The notes below the pieces were generated by a model. It was given only the letters and a program-made list of their open reading frames with translations, was not told the origin of the DNA and did not search any database. A stretch of 64,000 nt of DNA from an uncultured Candidatus Poseidoniales archaeon (GTDB lineage: Archaea; Thermoplasmatota; Poseidoniia; Poseidoniales; Thalassarchaeaceae), in the NCBI GenBank assembly GCA_905182515.1, contig CAJJBW010000007.1, forward strand, positions 17,025 to 81,024. Reading direction: 5' to 3'. Below are positions 1 to 10,702 of the stretch, piece after piece (position 1 is the first letter of the stretch; every line of letters begins with the position of its first letter). The position numbers and the translations under genes were made by a program.

Positions 1-151
1 TTATTATTCATTGATCCAGATGAAACTGACAGAATATTAGAAGGGAGATTTGGAAATGAAGAGGAAGGAGGAGAGGGCGGAGATCTAGGGGAGAATCTTG
101 CATGGAATAACGAACAATCTGTTGATGCAGTACTTATTGGAGGTAATGAAA

Positions 152-427
152 ATGTCACAACTACTTGAATGGTTTGAAAGAACTGAAACTGATTTCATAT
201 TATTTTCACAAACAATTTGTCAATATTGCAATAGAGCGAAGAGAATCTTGGATTCCAAGAATTTGAGTTATACCGAGGTTAATTTAGACCATTTTGATGA
301 TCTGCGAAATACTGTCGTTAAGGAAACTAGACATAGGACCGTACCAGCAATATTCGATCTTAGAAAGGAAAAGCCATTATTTATTGGCGGATCTGATCGT
401 CTGATAGAATATCTTCAGGAGAGATAG
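152..427 (+). CDS. glutaredoxin (CxxC thioltransferase)
   Basis: CQYC active-site motif, TVPAIF and GGxD glutaredoxin signatures. ORF track starts at 98, but GGAGGT at 138-143 sits 8 nt upstream of ATG 152, so 152 is the likely start. Confidence 0.75.
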   Translation: MSQLLEWFERTETDFILFSQTICQYCNRAKRILDSKNLSYTEVNLDHFDDLRNTVVKETRHRTVPAIFDLRKEKPLFIGGSDRLIEYLQER

Positions 428-626
428 AGAATCTTGAACAGGATGGAGAAAGGATAGGCCCTGGCTTCAAAAAACAGTCAATACCAAGCCCATCCAAACA
501 CACATAACAATCATTGGAGAAGGAGATGACCTGATAGAATGTGCTAACGAGAATGGATACTGTGATTTTGTTGGGACCAAAATAGTCCGATATTTATCCG
601 ATGGTGACGCGACAAAGTTTTTTGAT

Positions 627-1214
627 TTATATAATCGTTTTTGACATTATATCGATAGTTTTTGCTAGTAATTTTAAATTAGAAATATCTACCATATGGC
701 CCTTTTTATGCTGTAATTTGATTACGTTCCACCCTGCGTCATCAAATATTCTGATATGTTCTTTTCCAATAGAAATTGGTATTTTTTTATCATTTTCACC
801 ATGCATCCATACTACATGTCTTTGCCATGTATTTGAAATGGCGGATTTTAATCCTATAGGATTAATCGACATAGTTCCAATAAGAACCAAGCCCACAATT
901 CTATCTTGTATACTACGTTCTAACATCATCGAAGCTATTGCCCCTCCTTGCGAGAATCCCCCTACGATTAATGGCCCTTCTGGTAATTCCTCAATTACAT
1001 TAGACAATGACTCATAGGCTTGATCTATGTAATTTATTGTTGAGGTATTGTTTTTTCTTAGCCACCATGCATACCCTCCTCTTGTCGGATGTGGAATTTT
1101 AGCCTGAGGGCAATATATTTGCCACCCTTCGGGGACTAGTTGTTTTGCCAAAGGGAGCATTTTTTCTGCGGTACCAGTCATGCCATGTAACATCACTAAT
1201 GTACCAGTCATCAA
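627..1214 (-). CDS. phospholipase/carboxylesterase-family alpha/beta hydrolase
   Basis: GFSQGG nucleophile elbow, ~195 aa, overall resemblance to the carboxylesterase/phospholipase (PF02230-like) family. Confidence 0.65.
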   Translation of the reverse strand: MMTGTLVMLHGMTGTAEKMLPLAKQLVPEGWQIYCPQAKIPHPTRGGYAWWLRKNNTSTINYIDQAYESLSNVIEELPEGPLIVGGFSQGGAIASMMLERSIQDRIVGLVLIGTMSINPIGLKSAISNTWQRHVVWMHGENDKKIPISIGKEHIRIFDDAGWNVIKLQHKKGHMVDISNLKLLAKTIDIMSKTII

Positions 1215-1220
1215 GAATCC

Positions 1221-2177
1221 TCATAGAGACCAAGACTGAGTTATTCCACCTGCAACTAATAACCTCAAATAACTATCACCAGTGAATGTAAGAGTCAAAG
1301 TATATTCTTCAGATGGATATGCTATTGTCCCAAGAGTTCCAGATTCGCTGGAACTAGGCCCCCAAATACGCTCTAGAACTGAGGCTGACATATGGTCCCT
1401 GAGTGTAAGAGATATTGATGAAGAGCCTCCTCCGCAGTTGGCATCTAAGAAGTAAATCATTTCATCCCAGTCACCATCGTTTGGATGACCATTGACAAAA
1501 AATGAGTCTTGGACTTCAAAATCCGGGCCATCATTTTCCCAGGTATCTCCGAAAAGATCCCCTCCTCTAACAAAATAAACATCTCCCGTATGCCCTGTCC
1601 CATAATCTACATGCATCATTTTTAATTGTTCAACGTTTTCTGAATCAGTCCAGATAAAAGTTGAGAAGAATTTTATATTTGAATCAAAAGAATATACTAA
1701 TTTTGAACCATCTGAAGAAGTTGCATGTATTACGGCTAAATCTGAATTTAAAGAAACGACATTTGCTGACCAGTCCATGCTAAATAACATAAAATTCCAA
1801 TTTTTACCTACTTCTAATGGAAAATCTAAGACTGGTTGTGGAACTCCATCTTCAAATGCGCTTAGACCATCGTGAGTCATTCTTCCAAGGAATGGGTTAT
1901 GATTCAATACCGCATGACGTCGTGCCTCGGTTAGGCTAGAGATAGTTAGCATGTATGCAGTACCATCTTCTTCTGTGTCTGAAGCTACAACAAGTCTCGC
2001 GGTGTCATCACTATAATCTGGAGTTGAGAAAGTATACAACCAAAAATTACCAATATCCCATGTTGGAACATTAATTTCACTAATGGAATCATTTTGAGTG
2101 TCACTATTCTGAGTACAACCAGAAAGTGGCATTACAAGTATAAGTATGACTATACCACACAGAGTAGTCTGTTTCAT
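1221..2177 (-). CDS. secreted lipoprotein, function unknown
   Basis: Start corrected to MKQTTLCGIVILILVMPLSGCTQ, a signal peptide with lipobox-like LSGC, with a GGGGT RBS upstream. Acidic, D/N/S-rich body and no recognised catalytic motif. Confidence 0.5.
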   Translation of the reverse strand: MKQTTLCGIVILILVMPLSGCTQNSDTQNDSISEINVPTWDIGNFWLYTFSTPDYSDDTARLVVASDTEEDGTAYMLTISSLTEARRHAVLNHNPFLGRMTHDGLSAFEDGVPQPVLDFPLEVGKNWNFMLFSMDWSANVVSLNSDLAVIHATSSDGSKLVYSFDSNIKFFSTFIWTDSENVEQLKMMHVDYGTGHTGDVYFVRGGDLFGDTWENDGPDFEVQDSFFVNGHPNDGDWDEMIYFLDANCGGGSSSISLTLRDHMSASVLERIWGPSSSESGTLGTIAYPSEEYTLTLTFTGDSYLRLLVAGGITQSWSL

Positions 2178-2222
2178 AATTACCCCTAACATTAATTAGT
2201 CAAGAGGCTAGCGGTATTTTGT

Positions 2223-4322
2223 TTAGAATAATCCACTGAACCAGTCACTAAATATTTCGAAGAATCCACCTTCGGTTAACTCCCCAGTCCCTGCCAGTAC
2301 CACTGCAACTATTGACATCAGTTTGATTAAGATATTTAATGAAGGGCCTGATGTATCTTTGAAAGGATCGCCAATTGTATCTCCAATGACTGCTGCATCG
2401 TGAGCTGAATCTCCTTTTTTTGCCCCTTCAATGTGCCCTTGCTCAATTGCTTTCTTTGCATTATCCCAAGCCCCACCAGCATTGGCCATGAATAGGGCCA
2501 TCAGAACACCTGTCACTAGAGATCCAGCAAGGAGTCCGCCAAGAGCATTCCATCCAAGGAATAGTCCAACGATCACTGGTGCAGAAACGGCTACCATGCC
2601 CGGAGCAACCATTTCTCTAAGTGCTGCTTGAGTTGAAATATCAACACATTTTTTAGAATCTGGCTTCACTCCTTCTTTACCTTCTAATAGGCCTGGTATC
2701 TCTGCAAATTGCCTCCTAATTTCAATGACCATCTCGCCAGCGGCTTTGCCGACTGAAGTCATAGTCATAGCAGCAACCACGAACGGTAAACCTCCTCCAA
2801 TTAGGAGCCCCACTACAACAATTGGATTAGTTAAGCTGAGATCAAGTGTTTGGTTTATTGCGGCTGTATATGCTGCAAATAATGCTAAAGCGGTTAGTGC
2901 GGCTGACCCTATAGCGAAACCTTTACCGACTGCTGCAGTAGTATTCCCTATAGAATCTAATTCATCAGTAATTGCCCTTACTTCTTTACCTAGCCCGCTC
3001 ATTTCAGCAATTCCTCCTGCGTTATCGGCAACAGGGCCATACGCGTCTACAGTCATAGTAACTCCGACCGTTGCTAGCATCCCCATAGCAGCCATTGCAA
3101 TGCCATAAAGTCCCATTTGGCCCTCTCCTGATAATTCATTAGCTCCAAGGATACCAATAGAAATTAAAATAATAGGTAAAAATGTAGACATCATTCCTAC
3201 AGAAAGTCCAGCGATAGCGTTAGTTGCAGGACCTGTTTGTGACATCTTGCCGATGTGAGAGATTGCTTTTGTTTTGATCCCGAAAACTGGCTCTATACCA
3301 GTATAATATTCAGTAACTAGTCCGATCATTATGCCCATAACACTACCCAATACTACAGAATGCATTATTCCATAATTTACGTCGATTAAGCCTTGATGGA
3401 TAGATAGATAACCTCCTATCCAGAATAAAACGGCAGCAATCAAAGTAGTATTTCTTAGTGCAGCAGCCGCATCTGGCCCATTCTTTAACCAAGTCATTGA
3501 AAATACTCCAATAATAGATGCTACATAACCAATTAATCCAAGCATTATAGGCATCATGACGTAATCCACTCCCCATGCAGAGTTGCTGCTTGCTATTATC
3601 ATTGCAGCTATTATTGAACCAACAAATGACTCAAAAATATCTGCACCCATTCCGGCTACATCACCGACGTTGTCTCCAACGTTGTCTGCAATAACTCCAG
3701 GGTTACGAGGGTCATCTTCTGGAATGCCAGCTTCTACTTTACCAACTAAATCAGCACCTACATCTGCAGCTTTGGTATATATTCCTCCGCCGACACGCGC
3801 AAATAGAGCAATGGATGATGCACCCATTCCGAATCCTGCAGCAGCTGATAAGTCAGGATTCGTATCTGAAGCCCCTAACCATGCTGCAATTAGAGATATT
3901 CCAAGTAGTGCAAGTCCACCTACGGAAAGGCCCATTACAGCACCTCCATTGTATGAAACTTCCAATGCACCTGCTTGACCATGATTCTTAGCAGCCATTG
4001 CAGTCCTCCCATTGGCTGAAGTAGCTGCACGCATACCTGAGAATCCGGCTGCAACCGACGCTATGGCACCTGCAAAGAATGCCAATGCAGTATCTACATC
4101 ATTCAATACTGCCAGTAAGGCGCCAACCACTATTACAAATATACTTAGTACCCTATATTCAGCATATAGGAAGGTCATTGCACCATCTTGAATTTCTTGG
4201 GTTATTTCTCGAACAGTATCATCATCAATCTCGGTGCTATTTACTTTTTTGTATAAGAAAAAGGCTATTACTAATCCAATAAGTCCTGTGGCCGCTGCTA
4301 TTAAGGGTATATTATCCATCAT
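2223..4322 (-). CDS. hppA: membrane-bound proton/sodium-translocating pyrophosphatase (K+-dependent type)
   Basis: 699 aa polytopic protein with the [20 protein letters not shown] motif, DNVGDNVGD and [10 protein letters not shown]. Ala in GNTTAA-x-GKG indicates the K+-dependent subfamily. Confidence 0.93.
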   Translation of the reverse strand: MMDNIPLIAAATGLIGLVIAFFLYKKVNSTEIDDDTVREITQEIQDGAMTFLYAEYRVLSIFVIVVGALLAVLNDVDTALAFFAGAIASVAAGFSGMRAATSANGRTAMAAKNHGQAGALEVSYNGGAVMGLSVGGLALLGISLIAAWLGASDTNPDLSAAAGFGMGASSIALFARVGGGIYTKAADVGADLVGKVEAGIPEDDPRNPGVIADNVGDNVGDVAGMGADIFESFVGSIIAAMIIASSNSAWGVDYVMMPIMLGLIGYVASIIGVFSMTWLKNGPDAAAALRNTTLIAAVLFWIGGYLSIHQGLIDVNYGIMHSVVLGSVMGIMIGLVTEYYTGIEPVFGIKTKAISHIGKMSQTGPATNAIAGLSVGMMSTFLPIILISIGILGANELSGEGQMGLYGIAMAAMGMLATVGVTMTVDAYGPVADNAGGIAEMSGLGKEVRAITDELDSIGNTTAAVGKGFAIGSAALTALALFAAYTAAINQTLDLSLTNPIVVVGLLIGGGLPFVVAAMTMTSVGKAAGEMVIEIRRQFAEIPGLLEGKEGVKPDSKKCVDISTQAALREMVAPGMVAVSAPVIVGLFLGWNALGGLLAGSLVTGVLMALFMANAGGAWDNAKKAIEQGHIEGAKKGDSAHDAAVIGDTIGDPFKDTSGPSLNILIKLMSIVAVVLAGTGELTEGGFFEIFSDWFSGLF

Positions 4323-4387
4323 ATTATCTACCTACGGACCCGCCGAACTATGGCTTGCTTATAATCAGAATCCTGATTATATGGTGT

Positions 4388-5302
4388 TCAGAGTATATCT
4401 TTGTTGTCTATATTCAACACGATGTTGGCAAATGATGCCAATATGCTCGCCCCCTCATGCTCTCCTTTAAATGATTTATATTCTTCTTCAGTTATTTGAC
4501 CTCCTTCAAATGAACGTTTTATTCTCTTCTTTGTTACTTCAGGATGGAATTGGAGCCCCCATGCAGGCATTGAATTGCCAGTATCATCATTAACTCGGAT
4601 TGCAGTAATCTTATTATGAGTAGTTTTGGCTAAAATAATACAACGCTCAGATATTGAAGACACATGATCTTGGTGAGTATAAAGTACTGAAATAGGGCTA
4701 TCAGACCGTATATGAGATGTCAATAACTCATCATTTTTACCGGTATTGGTTAATTCTAAATCCCATATACCACTTGATTTTGTGCTTGCTCTTTCGACTT
4801 TTCCTCCTAAGGAGTAGCAAAGAAGTTGGTGTCCAAAACAAATTCCTAAAGTAGGTATCCCAGATGTAGAAGATGCTTCCATTAACGTTGCTGAAGGACC
4901 CATCCATTTCTCCCAAATGCTGACGTTTCTCCTTGATCCGGAACAAACTACGGCGTCTACAGACAACCCTTCTAACCAATTCCTCATCTTAATTACATCT
5001 TCATACATCGGCATAATTATTCTACGAAAGGGTATTTTTTTATTTTCAATATCTACCTCCATGGAAGCCCAATATTGAATGTCATAATTCCAATTAGGTA
5101 TATCTTCTTTTGTCAAAGTTATGTCTGAATTTAAATCTAATTTTTTGCTTGTAATTAAGGACTGCATTTGTGGAGTTACCAATAGAACTTCGACATTCGT
5201 AGATTTTAAAAACGGCTTTATTACTTCTTGATTGCCTCCATGGCCAAATTCAGGCATTTCCACTAATAGATCTAGAAGAAGTATGCGCGTTACCCCTGCC
5301 AT
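4388..5302 (-). CDS. class I glutamine amidotransferase-like protein
   Basis: GICFGHQLL catalytic Cys/His region and a C-terminal HPE motif. Unusual N-terminal region and ~304 aa length. Confidence 0.6.
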   Translation of the reverse strand: MAGVTRILLLDLLVEMPEFGHGGNQEVIKPFLKSTNVEVLLVTPQMQSLITSKKLDLNSDITLTKEDIPNWNYDIQYWASMEVDIENKKIPFRRIIMPMYEDVIKMRNWLEGLSVDAVVCSGSRRNVSIWEKWMGPSATLMEASSTSGIPTLGICFGHQLLCYSLGGKVERASTKSSGIWDLELTNTGKNDELLTSHIRSDSPISVLYTHQDHVSSISERCIILAKTTHNKITAIRVNDDTGNSMPAWGLQFHPEVTKKRIKRSFEGGQITEEEYKSFKGEHEGASILASFANIVLNIDNKDIL

Positions 5303-5304
5303 GG

Positions 5305-5652
5305 ATGCTGGAAGAGGAAGTGTTTGAAAGCCTCTCCCCTCATCGAAGTATCCGGAAGGTAGGCAAGATGGTCGACAAACAAATGATTCTTGAGTCTGTT
5401 GGGCCAGTTCAAGCGATATTAGATGCTCATGATGGAGTAGTAAATGTCATAGATACAACCGATGGTGTCATCATGATTTCATTAGAAGGCGGATGTACTG
5501 GGTGCAGCGCAACTCCAATGACTGCGATGCAAATTTATTATTCATTGATGAAGCTTAAGGAAGTTGAGGATGTAATTTTTGTAAATGGTGAGTTGCCAGC
5601 ATACATGAGATCATTTATTGATGACAAATTAACTGGGGAAAACAAAGAATAA
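5305..5652 (+). CDS. NifU/Nfu-like Fe-S cluster scaffold domain protein
   Basis: GGCTGCSATPMT matches the Nfu C-terminal domain motif (GxCxGC). The true start may be the internal MVDKQ (~5368), because the ORF-track start abuts the divergent gene at 5302. Confidence 0.55.
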   Translation: MLEEEVFESLSPHRSIRKVGKMVDKQMILESVGPVQAILDAHDGVVNVIDTTDGVIMISLEGGCTGCSATPMTAMQIYYSLMKLKEVEDVIFVNGELPAYMRSFIDDKLTGENKE

Positions 5653-5985
5653 TTATTCTTCTTCTCTTCGCATTTTCATTATCTGGTGAGGATTTGTTTC
5701 ACCTTGTACATCTTTTCCTTTGATATTTAATGAAGCTGTAAGAGCAACAATTATGGCCAAGATAGCGAATGGCCTAGCTGCGTTTCTTGACTCCCATAAC
5801 TCACCGCCAAGATAATGAAGCAAAAATAAGAGTACAGCAGATGCCCAACATAGTGATACAATTATTTTTTGGGCCAATATCTCGCTGTTTCTTGACCTGG
5901 CTAATGAACCTATAGAAATCCACAAGAAAAGAGCTATTCCACAGAAAGTAAGTGATAAATTCTCTATAATAATTAACAACTTCAT
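5653..5985 (-). CDS. small integral membrane protein, unknown function
   Basis: 110 aa with 3 hydrophobic helices and a charged C-terminus. Confidence 0.4.
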   Translation of the reverse strand: MKLLIIIENLSLTFCGIALFLWISIGSLARSRNSEILAQKIIVSLCWASAVLLFLLHYLGGELWESRNAARPFAILAIIVALTASLNIKGKDVQGETNPHQIMKMRREEE

Positions 5986-6078
5986 AACCTTTCGACTAGA
6001 CCATCACTTGTTTACATTAGGGGTAAATAATACACAATGAATGGATACAATCAAGTTTGATGCCTACATGTTTACCTC

Positions 6079-8013
6079 ATGGCAAAGGTTTCTGGATGGT
6101 CACTACCGAAGGCAAGAAATTCTTTTCCCCCTCACATGACAAAGACACAAATTGCAACAGTACTTGAACAATCGGCAATTCTACTTGAGTTAGATGGTGC
6201 TAATAAATTCAGAGTAATCGCTTATCAAAATGCCAGTAGAGCTCTATCCTCATTAGAAGAGGATTTACTAAATGCAATACAGGAAAAAAGAATTACTGAA
6301 ATTAAAGGAATTGGTAAAGGAATTGGTGGTTTGATTACAGAAGCAGTATTGGAAGGGACTTGGGGGGGTTTGAATGCACTTTATGATAGAGTCCCCAAGG
6401 GGTTAGTAGAAATGATTGGGATTCCTGGCTTAGGACCTAAAAGGGCCAGACAATTATATGAAAGTTTAAGAATAGATTCAATAGAATCTCTAAAATTTGC
6501 ATGCAAAAATGATCAAATATCTTCCTTACCAGGATTTGGGAAAAAGAGTCAGGAAAAATATCTTGAAGGTATTGAATTACTACGGCGTTACCAAGGAAGA
6601 AGTAGGATGGATATTGGATTGGCATATGGGCATGCACTTGAAAAACGAATAATGAATATTCCAAAAGTAGTGAAGGCACAACTTGCGGGAAGTGCAAGAA
6701 GAAGGAGAGAGACAATCGGGGACTTGGATATCGTCTTAGGCGCGAACATTGAGGATCACAGCAAGATAATTCAAGAAATAATGAATTTTCCCGGTATCGC
6801 GGAAGTTAAAGGGCAAGGTAGTTCAAAAATTAGTCTAATTCTTGAAGCAGATATGCTTGCAGAAACTATTAATGTATCTGGAATAGATGCAGGTTTAGCT
6901 GAAAGTTTGATTGAAAGAAGTGTTGATGCTACAATTGATGCCCAAATAAGGATTGTTAATCCAGAATCATTTCCCTTTACACTTGCATATTTTACTGGTT
7001 CCAAAGAACATAATATTAGGATGAGGCAGATTGCAATTGAAAAGGGTTTACGATTAAATGAATTTGGATTGTTTTCAGAAAAGGATGCGGGAGATAAGAT
7101 AGGTATAGAGGCAGCAAAAAATACTCTCATTTGCTCTAATGAATCAGATATTTATCAACATTTAGGACTTAAATGGGTGCCTCCAGAATTAAGAGAAGAT
7201 ATGGGAGAAATTGAAGCGGCAAAAATAAACAATTTACCTAATCTTGTAGAACTTCAAGATTTGAAGGGTTCATTTCATAATCATACAATTGCATCAGATG
7301 GGAGTGCAACTTTAGAGGAAATGAGCAATTACGCCATGAAAATTGGATGGGAGTACTTGGGGATAGCCGATCATTCAGAATCACTAAACATTGGAGGGAA
7401 GACTATTGGAATCCCGAGTAATGAAATACCGAAACAGAAATTAGAAATTGATGAACTAAATATTAAATGGAAAGAAGAGGATGTAAATTTTAGGATTTTT
7501 CATGGATCTGAATGCGATATAATGTCAGATGGTAGTCTTGATTATTCTGAGGAAGTTAGGTCTTCATTATCTCACATAGTTGGCTCAGTACATGCATTAG
7601 GAAGTTGGCGAAATAGAGATGAGTATACAAATACTGAAGCATTGATTAAAGCGATTGAGGATCCGACATTTACAATACTAGGGCATCCAACTGGAAGAAT
7701 ATTGCAAGGGAGAGAGGGTTTTCCTATTGATATGCACGCCATCTTACGTAGAATGGGCGAAATTAATTCTGAAGGTGTACTAAAAGCAGTAGAGATAAAT
7801 GCATCTCCTTACCGGCTAGATATGGATTGGCGATTATGTAAATATGCTAAAGAATTGGGAGTTCCGATTTGTATTAATCCTGATGCCCACAATCCTGAAG
7901 GATTGAAAGATGTTTGGTTTGGGACTCAGATTGCTAGAAAGGGTTGGTTGGAATCAAAAGATATACTAAACACTAAGACAGTCCAGGAAATCGAAAATCT
8001 ACTTGGCCAGTAA
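6079..8013 (+). CDS. polX: DNA polymerase X family protein with C-terminal PHP phosphoesterase domain
   Basis: Helix-hairpin-helix GIGKGIG, PolX palm region GSARRRRETIGDLDIV, PHP histidine motifs (FHNHTIASDG, ADHSE). Confidence 0.85.
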   Translation: MAKVSGWSLPKARNSFPPHMTKTQIATVLEQSAILLELDGANKFRVIAYQNASRALSSLEEDLLNAIQEKRITEIKGIGKGIGGLITEAVLEGTWGGLNALYDRVPKGLVEMIGIPGLGPKRARQLYESLRIDSIESLKFACKNDQISSLPGFGKKSQEKYLEGIELLRRYQGRSRMDIGLAYGHALEKRIMNIPKVVKAQLAGSARRRRETIGDLDIVLGANIEDHSKIIQEIMNFPGIAEVKGQGSSKISLILEADMLAETINVSGIDAGLAESLIERSVDATIDAQIRIVNPESFPFTLAYFTGSKEHNIRMRQIAIEKGLRLNEFGLFSEKDAGDKIGIEAAKNTLICSNESDIYQHLGLKWVPPELREDMGEIEAAKINNLPNLVELQDLKGSFHNHTIASDGSATLEEMSNYAMKIGWEYLGIADHSESLNIGGKTIGIPSNEIPKQKLEIDELNIKWKEEDVNFRIFHGSECDIMSDGSLDYSEEVRSSLSHIVGSVHALGSWRNRDEYTNTEALIKAIEDPTFTILGHPTGRILQGREGFPIDMHAILRRMGEINSEGVLKAVEINASPYRLDMDWRLCKYAKELGVPICINPDAHNPEGLKDVWFGTQIARKGWLESKDILNTKTVQEIENLLGQ

Positions 8014-8039
8014 CGAACATTCATCTAATATTGAGATAA

Positions 8040-8255
8040 GTGGCGAGCATGGGATTGGTACGCGGAGTGGTGTTTGCTGGAGTCATCATTCTTCCTAGTT
8101 TGGTTTTGGGGCTAATATTATACATCGTATTAGGCGGAAATACTTCCACTTCAGTTGGTAGTGGAGAATTCAGGTATGGACCATGTTATGGCGTACCGAT
8201 GCTATGCATCATTTCAGCATTCATTATGGGCATGTCTGCCGATGCGAGGGAGTAA
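8040..8255 (+). CDS. possible small membrane peptide
   Basis: 71 aa hydrophobic ORF between polX and nth. It overlaps the longer nth reading frame, so it may not be real. Confidence 0.2.
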   Translation: MASMGLVRGVVFAGVIILPSLVLGLILYIVLGGNTSTSVGSGEFRYGPCYGVPMLCIISAFIMGMSADARE

Positions 8256-8904
8256 GGTGCTGAGGTCGGACAAAGCGATTAGAATTGGGAAAATACTGGA
8301 TATAATGTATCCAAACCAACCTATACCTTTGGACCACAAAGACAATTATACACTCCTTGTTGCTGTAATGCTCTCTGCCCAAACTACTGATAAAAAGGTA
8401 AATCAAGTTACTCCTAAGCTATTTGAAGCTGCAAATACCCCCATAAAAATGAATAATCTAGAAGTTGAAGAAATACAGGATATCATACGTGAAGTTGGCC
8501 TTGCACCAACTAAGGCTAAAAATTTAAAAAAAATGGCACAACAGATTATTGAAAGTGGAGGAGAAATAAGGCCTGATTGGGATTTCTTAGAATCTTTAGC
8601 AGGAGTAGGGCATAAGACAGCAGGAGTGGTGATGTCGCAGGCTTTTGGCAAACCAGCTTTCCCAGTTGATACTCATATCCATAGATTATCTACAAGGTGG
8701 GGCCTGACAAATGGTAAATCGGTTAAAAAAACCGAAGAGGATTTGAAAAAAAATTTTGCAAGAGAAACGTGGAACAGAAGGCATTTGCAAATAATTTATT
8801 TTGGAAGAGAATATTGCCCTTCATTGAGGCATGATTTAACAAAATGTCCAATATGTTCATGGGCAGCAAGCAAAAAAAGAATAAAACAAGAAATAGGGGC
8901 ATAG
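8242..8904 (+). CDS. nth: endonuclease III (DNA glycosylase/AP lyase)
   Basis: LLVAVMLSAQTTDKKVN HhH-GPD start, LAGVGHKTAGVV, C-terminal 4Fe-4S cluster cysteines (C-x6-C-x2-C-x5-C). Start moved from ORF-track 8155 to in-frame ATG 8242, giving a canonical 221 aa. Confidence 0.88.
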   Translation: MRGSKVLRSDKAIRIGKILDIMYPNQPIPLDHKDNYTLLVAVMLSAQTTDKKVNQVTPKLFEAANTPIKMNNLEVEEIQDIIREVGLAPTKAKNLKKMAQQIIESGGEIRPDWDFLESLAGVGHKTAGVVMSQAFGKPAFPVDTHIHRLSTRWGLTNGKSVKKTEEDLKKNFARETWNRRHLQIIYFGREYCPSLRHDLTKCPICSWAASKKRIKQEIGA

Positions 8905-8905
8905 T

Positions 8906-9475
8906 ATGGATAAGTTTGAAGGTAGGATTTCTTCATCCTCATTTTCTTCCGGCGATAGAATAGTCGTCGGCGACTGGATTAGCTCGCCTCTTGGTTCTTT
9001 CATAAATATAATGTGGGCTAGACCAGATGGTAAAAGAATCTTGATATCCCCCTCTAAAAATTGTGCCGATTATGTTTCAACAATATACTCATTTGAAGAG
9101 GTAATTATCCTGCCAATAGATATAAACAGAAAAGATAAAAAAATAGAGATTAATGCTTTAGACTTGTCGATAATTTTTGAATGGGGCATATCGGCCCATA
9201 TCCCATTCAAGCGACCAAAGTGGTTTATATCAACAATCGAATATTTAGTAGGGAATATAATTTTTGGAACAAAAACACATGGAAAAACAAAAGATGGGAG
9301 AAAGGAATGGTATATGATAAGAGAGATATCGATGATTTCTAAGGCATATGGCCGGTTTAAAGGCGAGTCTTTTGGAAGGATGGAAAATAATACCGAAGCA
9401 TCTCGGTTTGGTTTCAGTGAGCCACCTAAAAGGCCAATGTCAGTATTAGTTAATTCTCTAATCGATAAAAACTAG
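8906..9475 (+). CDS. hypothetical protein
   Basis: 189 aa ORF, same strand as nth (nth ends 8904), no recognisable motif. Confidence 0.4.
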   Translation: MDKFEGRISSSSFSSGDRIVVGDWISSPLGSFINIMWARPDGKRILISPSKNCADYVSTIYSFEEVIILPIDINRKDKKIEINALDLSIIFEWGISAHIPFKRPKWFISTIEYLVGNIIFGTKTHGKTKDGRKEWYMIREISMISKAYGRFKGESFGRMENNTEASRFGFSEPPKRPMSVLVNSLIDKN

Positions 9476-9482
9476 ATTTGAT

Positions 9483-9989
9483 GTGCAATGGCGTACACGG
9501 CTGCACATGCTAGACATAGTAGAATTGGAAGTTGGAGATACATCGCCAGATTTTGAATGCTTAATAACAGATGGTTCAAAGATAAAACTTTCTAGCATTA
9601 TTGAAAATGGAAAAGGTGTAATTCTATATTTTTACCCAAGAGATGACACTCCAGGATGTACAATTCAAGCATGTGATTTTAGAGATAATTTTGGTAAATT
9701 GGACAATACTGGATGGAGAGTTATTGGAGTTTCTACAGATTCTTCTGCAAGTCATGTAAAATTTACCAATAAGTATGATTTGCCATTTGATTTAATTGTA
9801 GATGAAGATTCAAGTCTTCATAAATTATATGGTACTTGGAGGAAAAAAAATATGTATGGTAAAGAATACATGGGTTGCTTAAGATCTACCTTTGTAATTT
9901 CCAAGGATAGAAAAATTATTTCTTCGATGTACGGAGTAGGGACTAAGGGGCATGTCGAACAATTGATGATTGATTTAGGTGTTGAATAA
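9483..9989 (+). CDS. bcp: peroxiredoxin Bcp/PrxQ family
   Basis: YFYPRDDTPGCTIQAC active-site motif. The likely start is the internal MLDIV (9507). Confidence 0.85.
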   Translation: MQWRTRLHMLDIVELEVGDTSPDFECLITDGSKIKLSSIIENGKGVILYFYPRDDTPGCTIQACDFRDNFGKLDNTGWRVIGVSTDSSASHVKFTNKYDLPFDLIVDEDSSLHKLYGTWRKKNMYGKEYMGCLRSTFVISKDRKIISSMYGVGTKGHVEQLMIDLGVE

Positions 9990-9991
9990 AT

Positions 9992-10225
9992 ATGGAAATC
10001 AAAGAGAGGAGGGAAATAGTAGAGCGCTTCCTGCAAAGATGTATTATTTATTCTAATGCGTCTATAGAACGCAAAGAGGCTAGAAAGGAGTCCCAAAAAG
10101 AAATAGATAAATGGACAGCCTATCGAGATTTTATGAAAATAACAGTCAATGAAATAAGATCTAAAGAATTAGACTCTTGGCTAGAAGATGGTCCTGTTTC
10201 ATTCGACCCAAGTACGGAAAAATAG
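9992..10225 (+). CDS. small hypothetical protein (charged, helical)
   Basis: 77 aa ORF immediately following bcp. Confidence 0.3.
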   Translation: MEIKERREIVERFLQRCIIYSNASIERKEARKESQKEIDKWTAYRDFMKITVNEIRSKELDSWLEDGPVSFDPSTEK

Positions 10226-10232
10226 AATTAAT

Positions 10233-10688
10233 TTAGGCAATTTTTGAAAGTCCGAGAACGTGTTTATGAGTATCAACTCGCATATTTAATCCTGGTATCA
10301 TAAGAAGGGTGTCAGCGTCATTCAAAGCAAAAACAGTTAATTCATTATTTTCTGCTAATTCCCTCACTACTCTAGTGCATTTTGCAGTTTGGCTAGGCAT
10401 ATGGATTAAATCCTTTAAATTAACTAAAATTAGATTTCCATTTTTTAATTCCTTTCCCATACCTGTTAAATTCAGACGATGTAAATTATCAGGTTTAAGA
10501 TAAATTACTTTTCGAGTAGGCTTTGGAGACATCTTTTGAGACCATTTAGAAATACGAATATCCGATAAATGAATTATTGATTCTCCGGCCTCAGAGTTAA
10601 GAAATGTTTGTTCAGTTAATTCATCATCAGTCAAAGATTTATTTGATTTTGGATTGGGTAATCCCAATAGACGAAAGAGATTAACCAT
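10233..10688 (-). CDS. sepF: SepF-like cell-division protein (FtsZ-interacting)
   Basis: The C-terminal half matches the SepF/DUF552 pattern (KVIYLKPDNLHRLNLTGMGKELKNGNLILVNLKDL ... TRVVRELAENNELTVFALNDADTLLMIPGLNMRV). Confidence 0.6.
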   Translation of the reverse strand: MVNLFRLLGLPNPKSNKSLTDDELTEQTFLNSEAGESIIHLSDIRISKWSQKMSPKPTRKVIYLKPDNLHRLNLTGMGKELKNGNLILVNLKDLIHMPSQTAKCTRVVRELAENNELTVFALNDADTLLMIPGLNMRVDTHKHVLGLSKIA

Positions 10689-10702
10689 GATACTCCTGAG
10701 AA

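Noticed and set aside
2431-3978. Several plus-strand ORFs (66-131 aa, Ala/Pro/Ser-rich) inside the H+-PPase locus
   Set aside because: They lie antisense within a well-supported, continuous 699-aa hppA gene. Their composition is typical of shadow ORFs.
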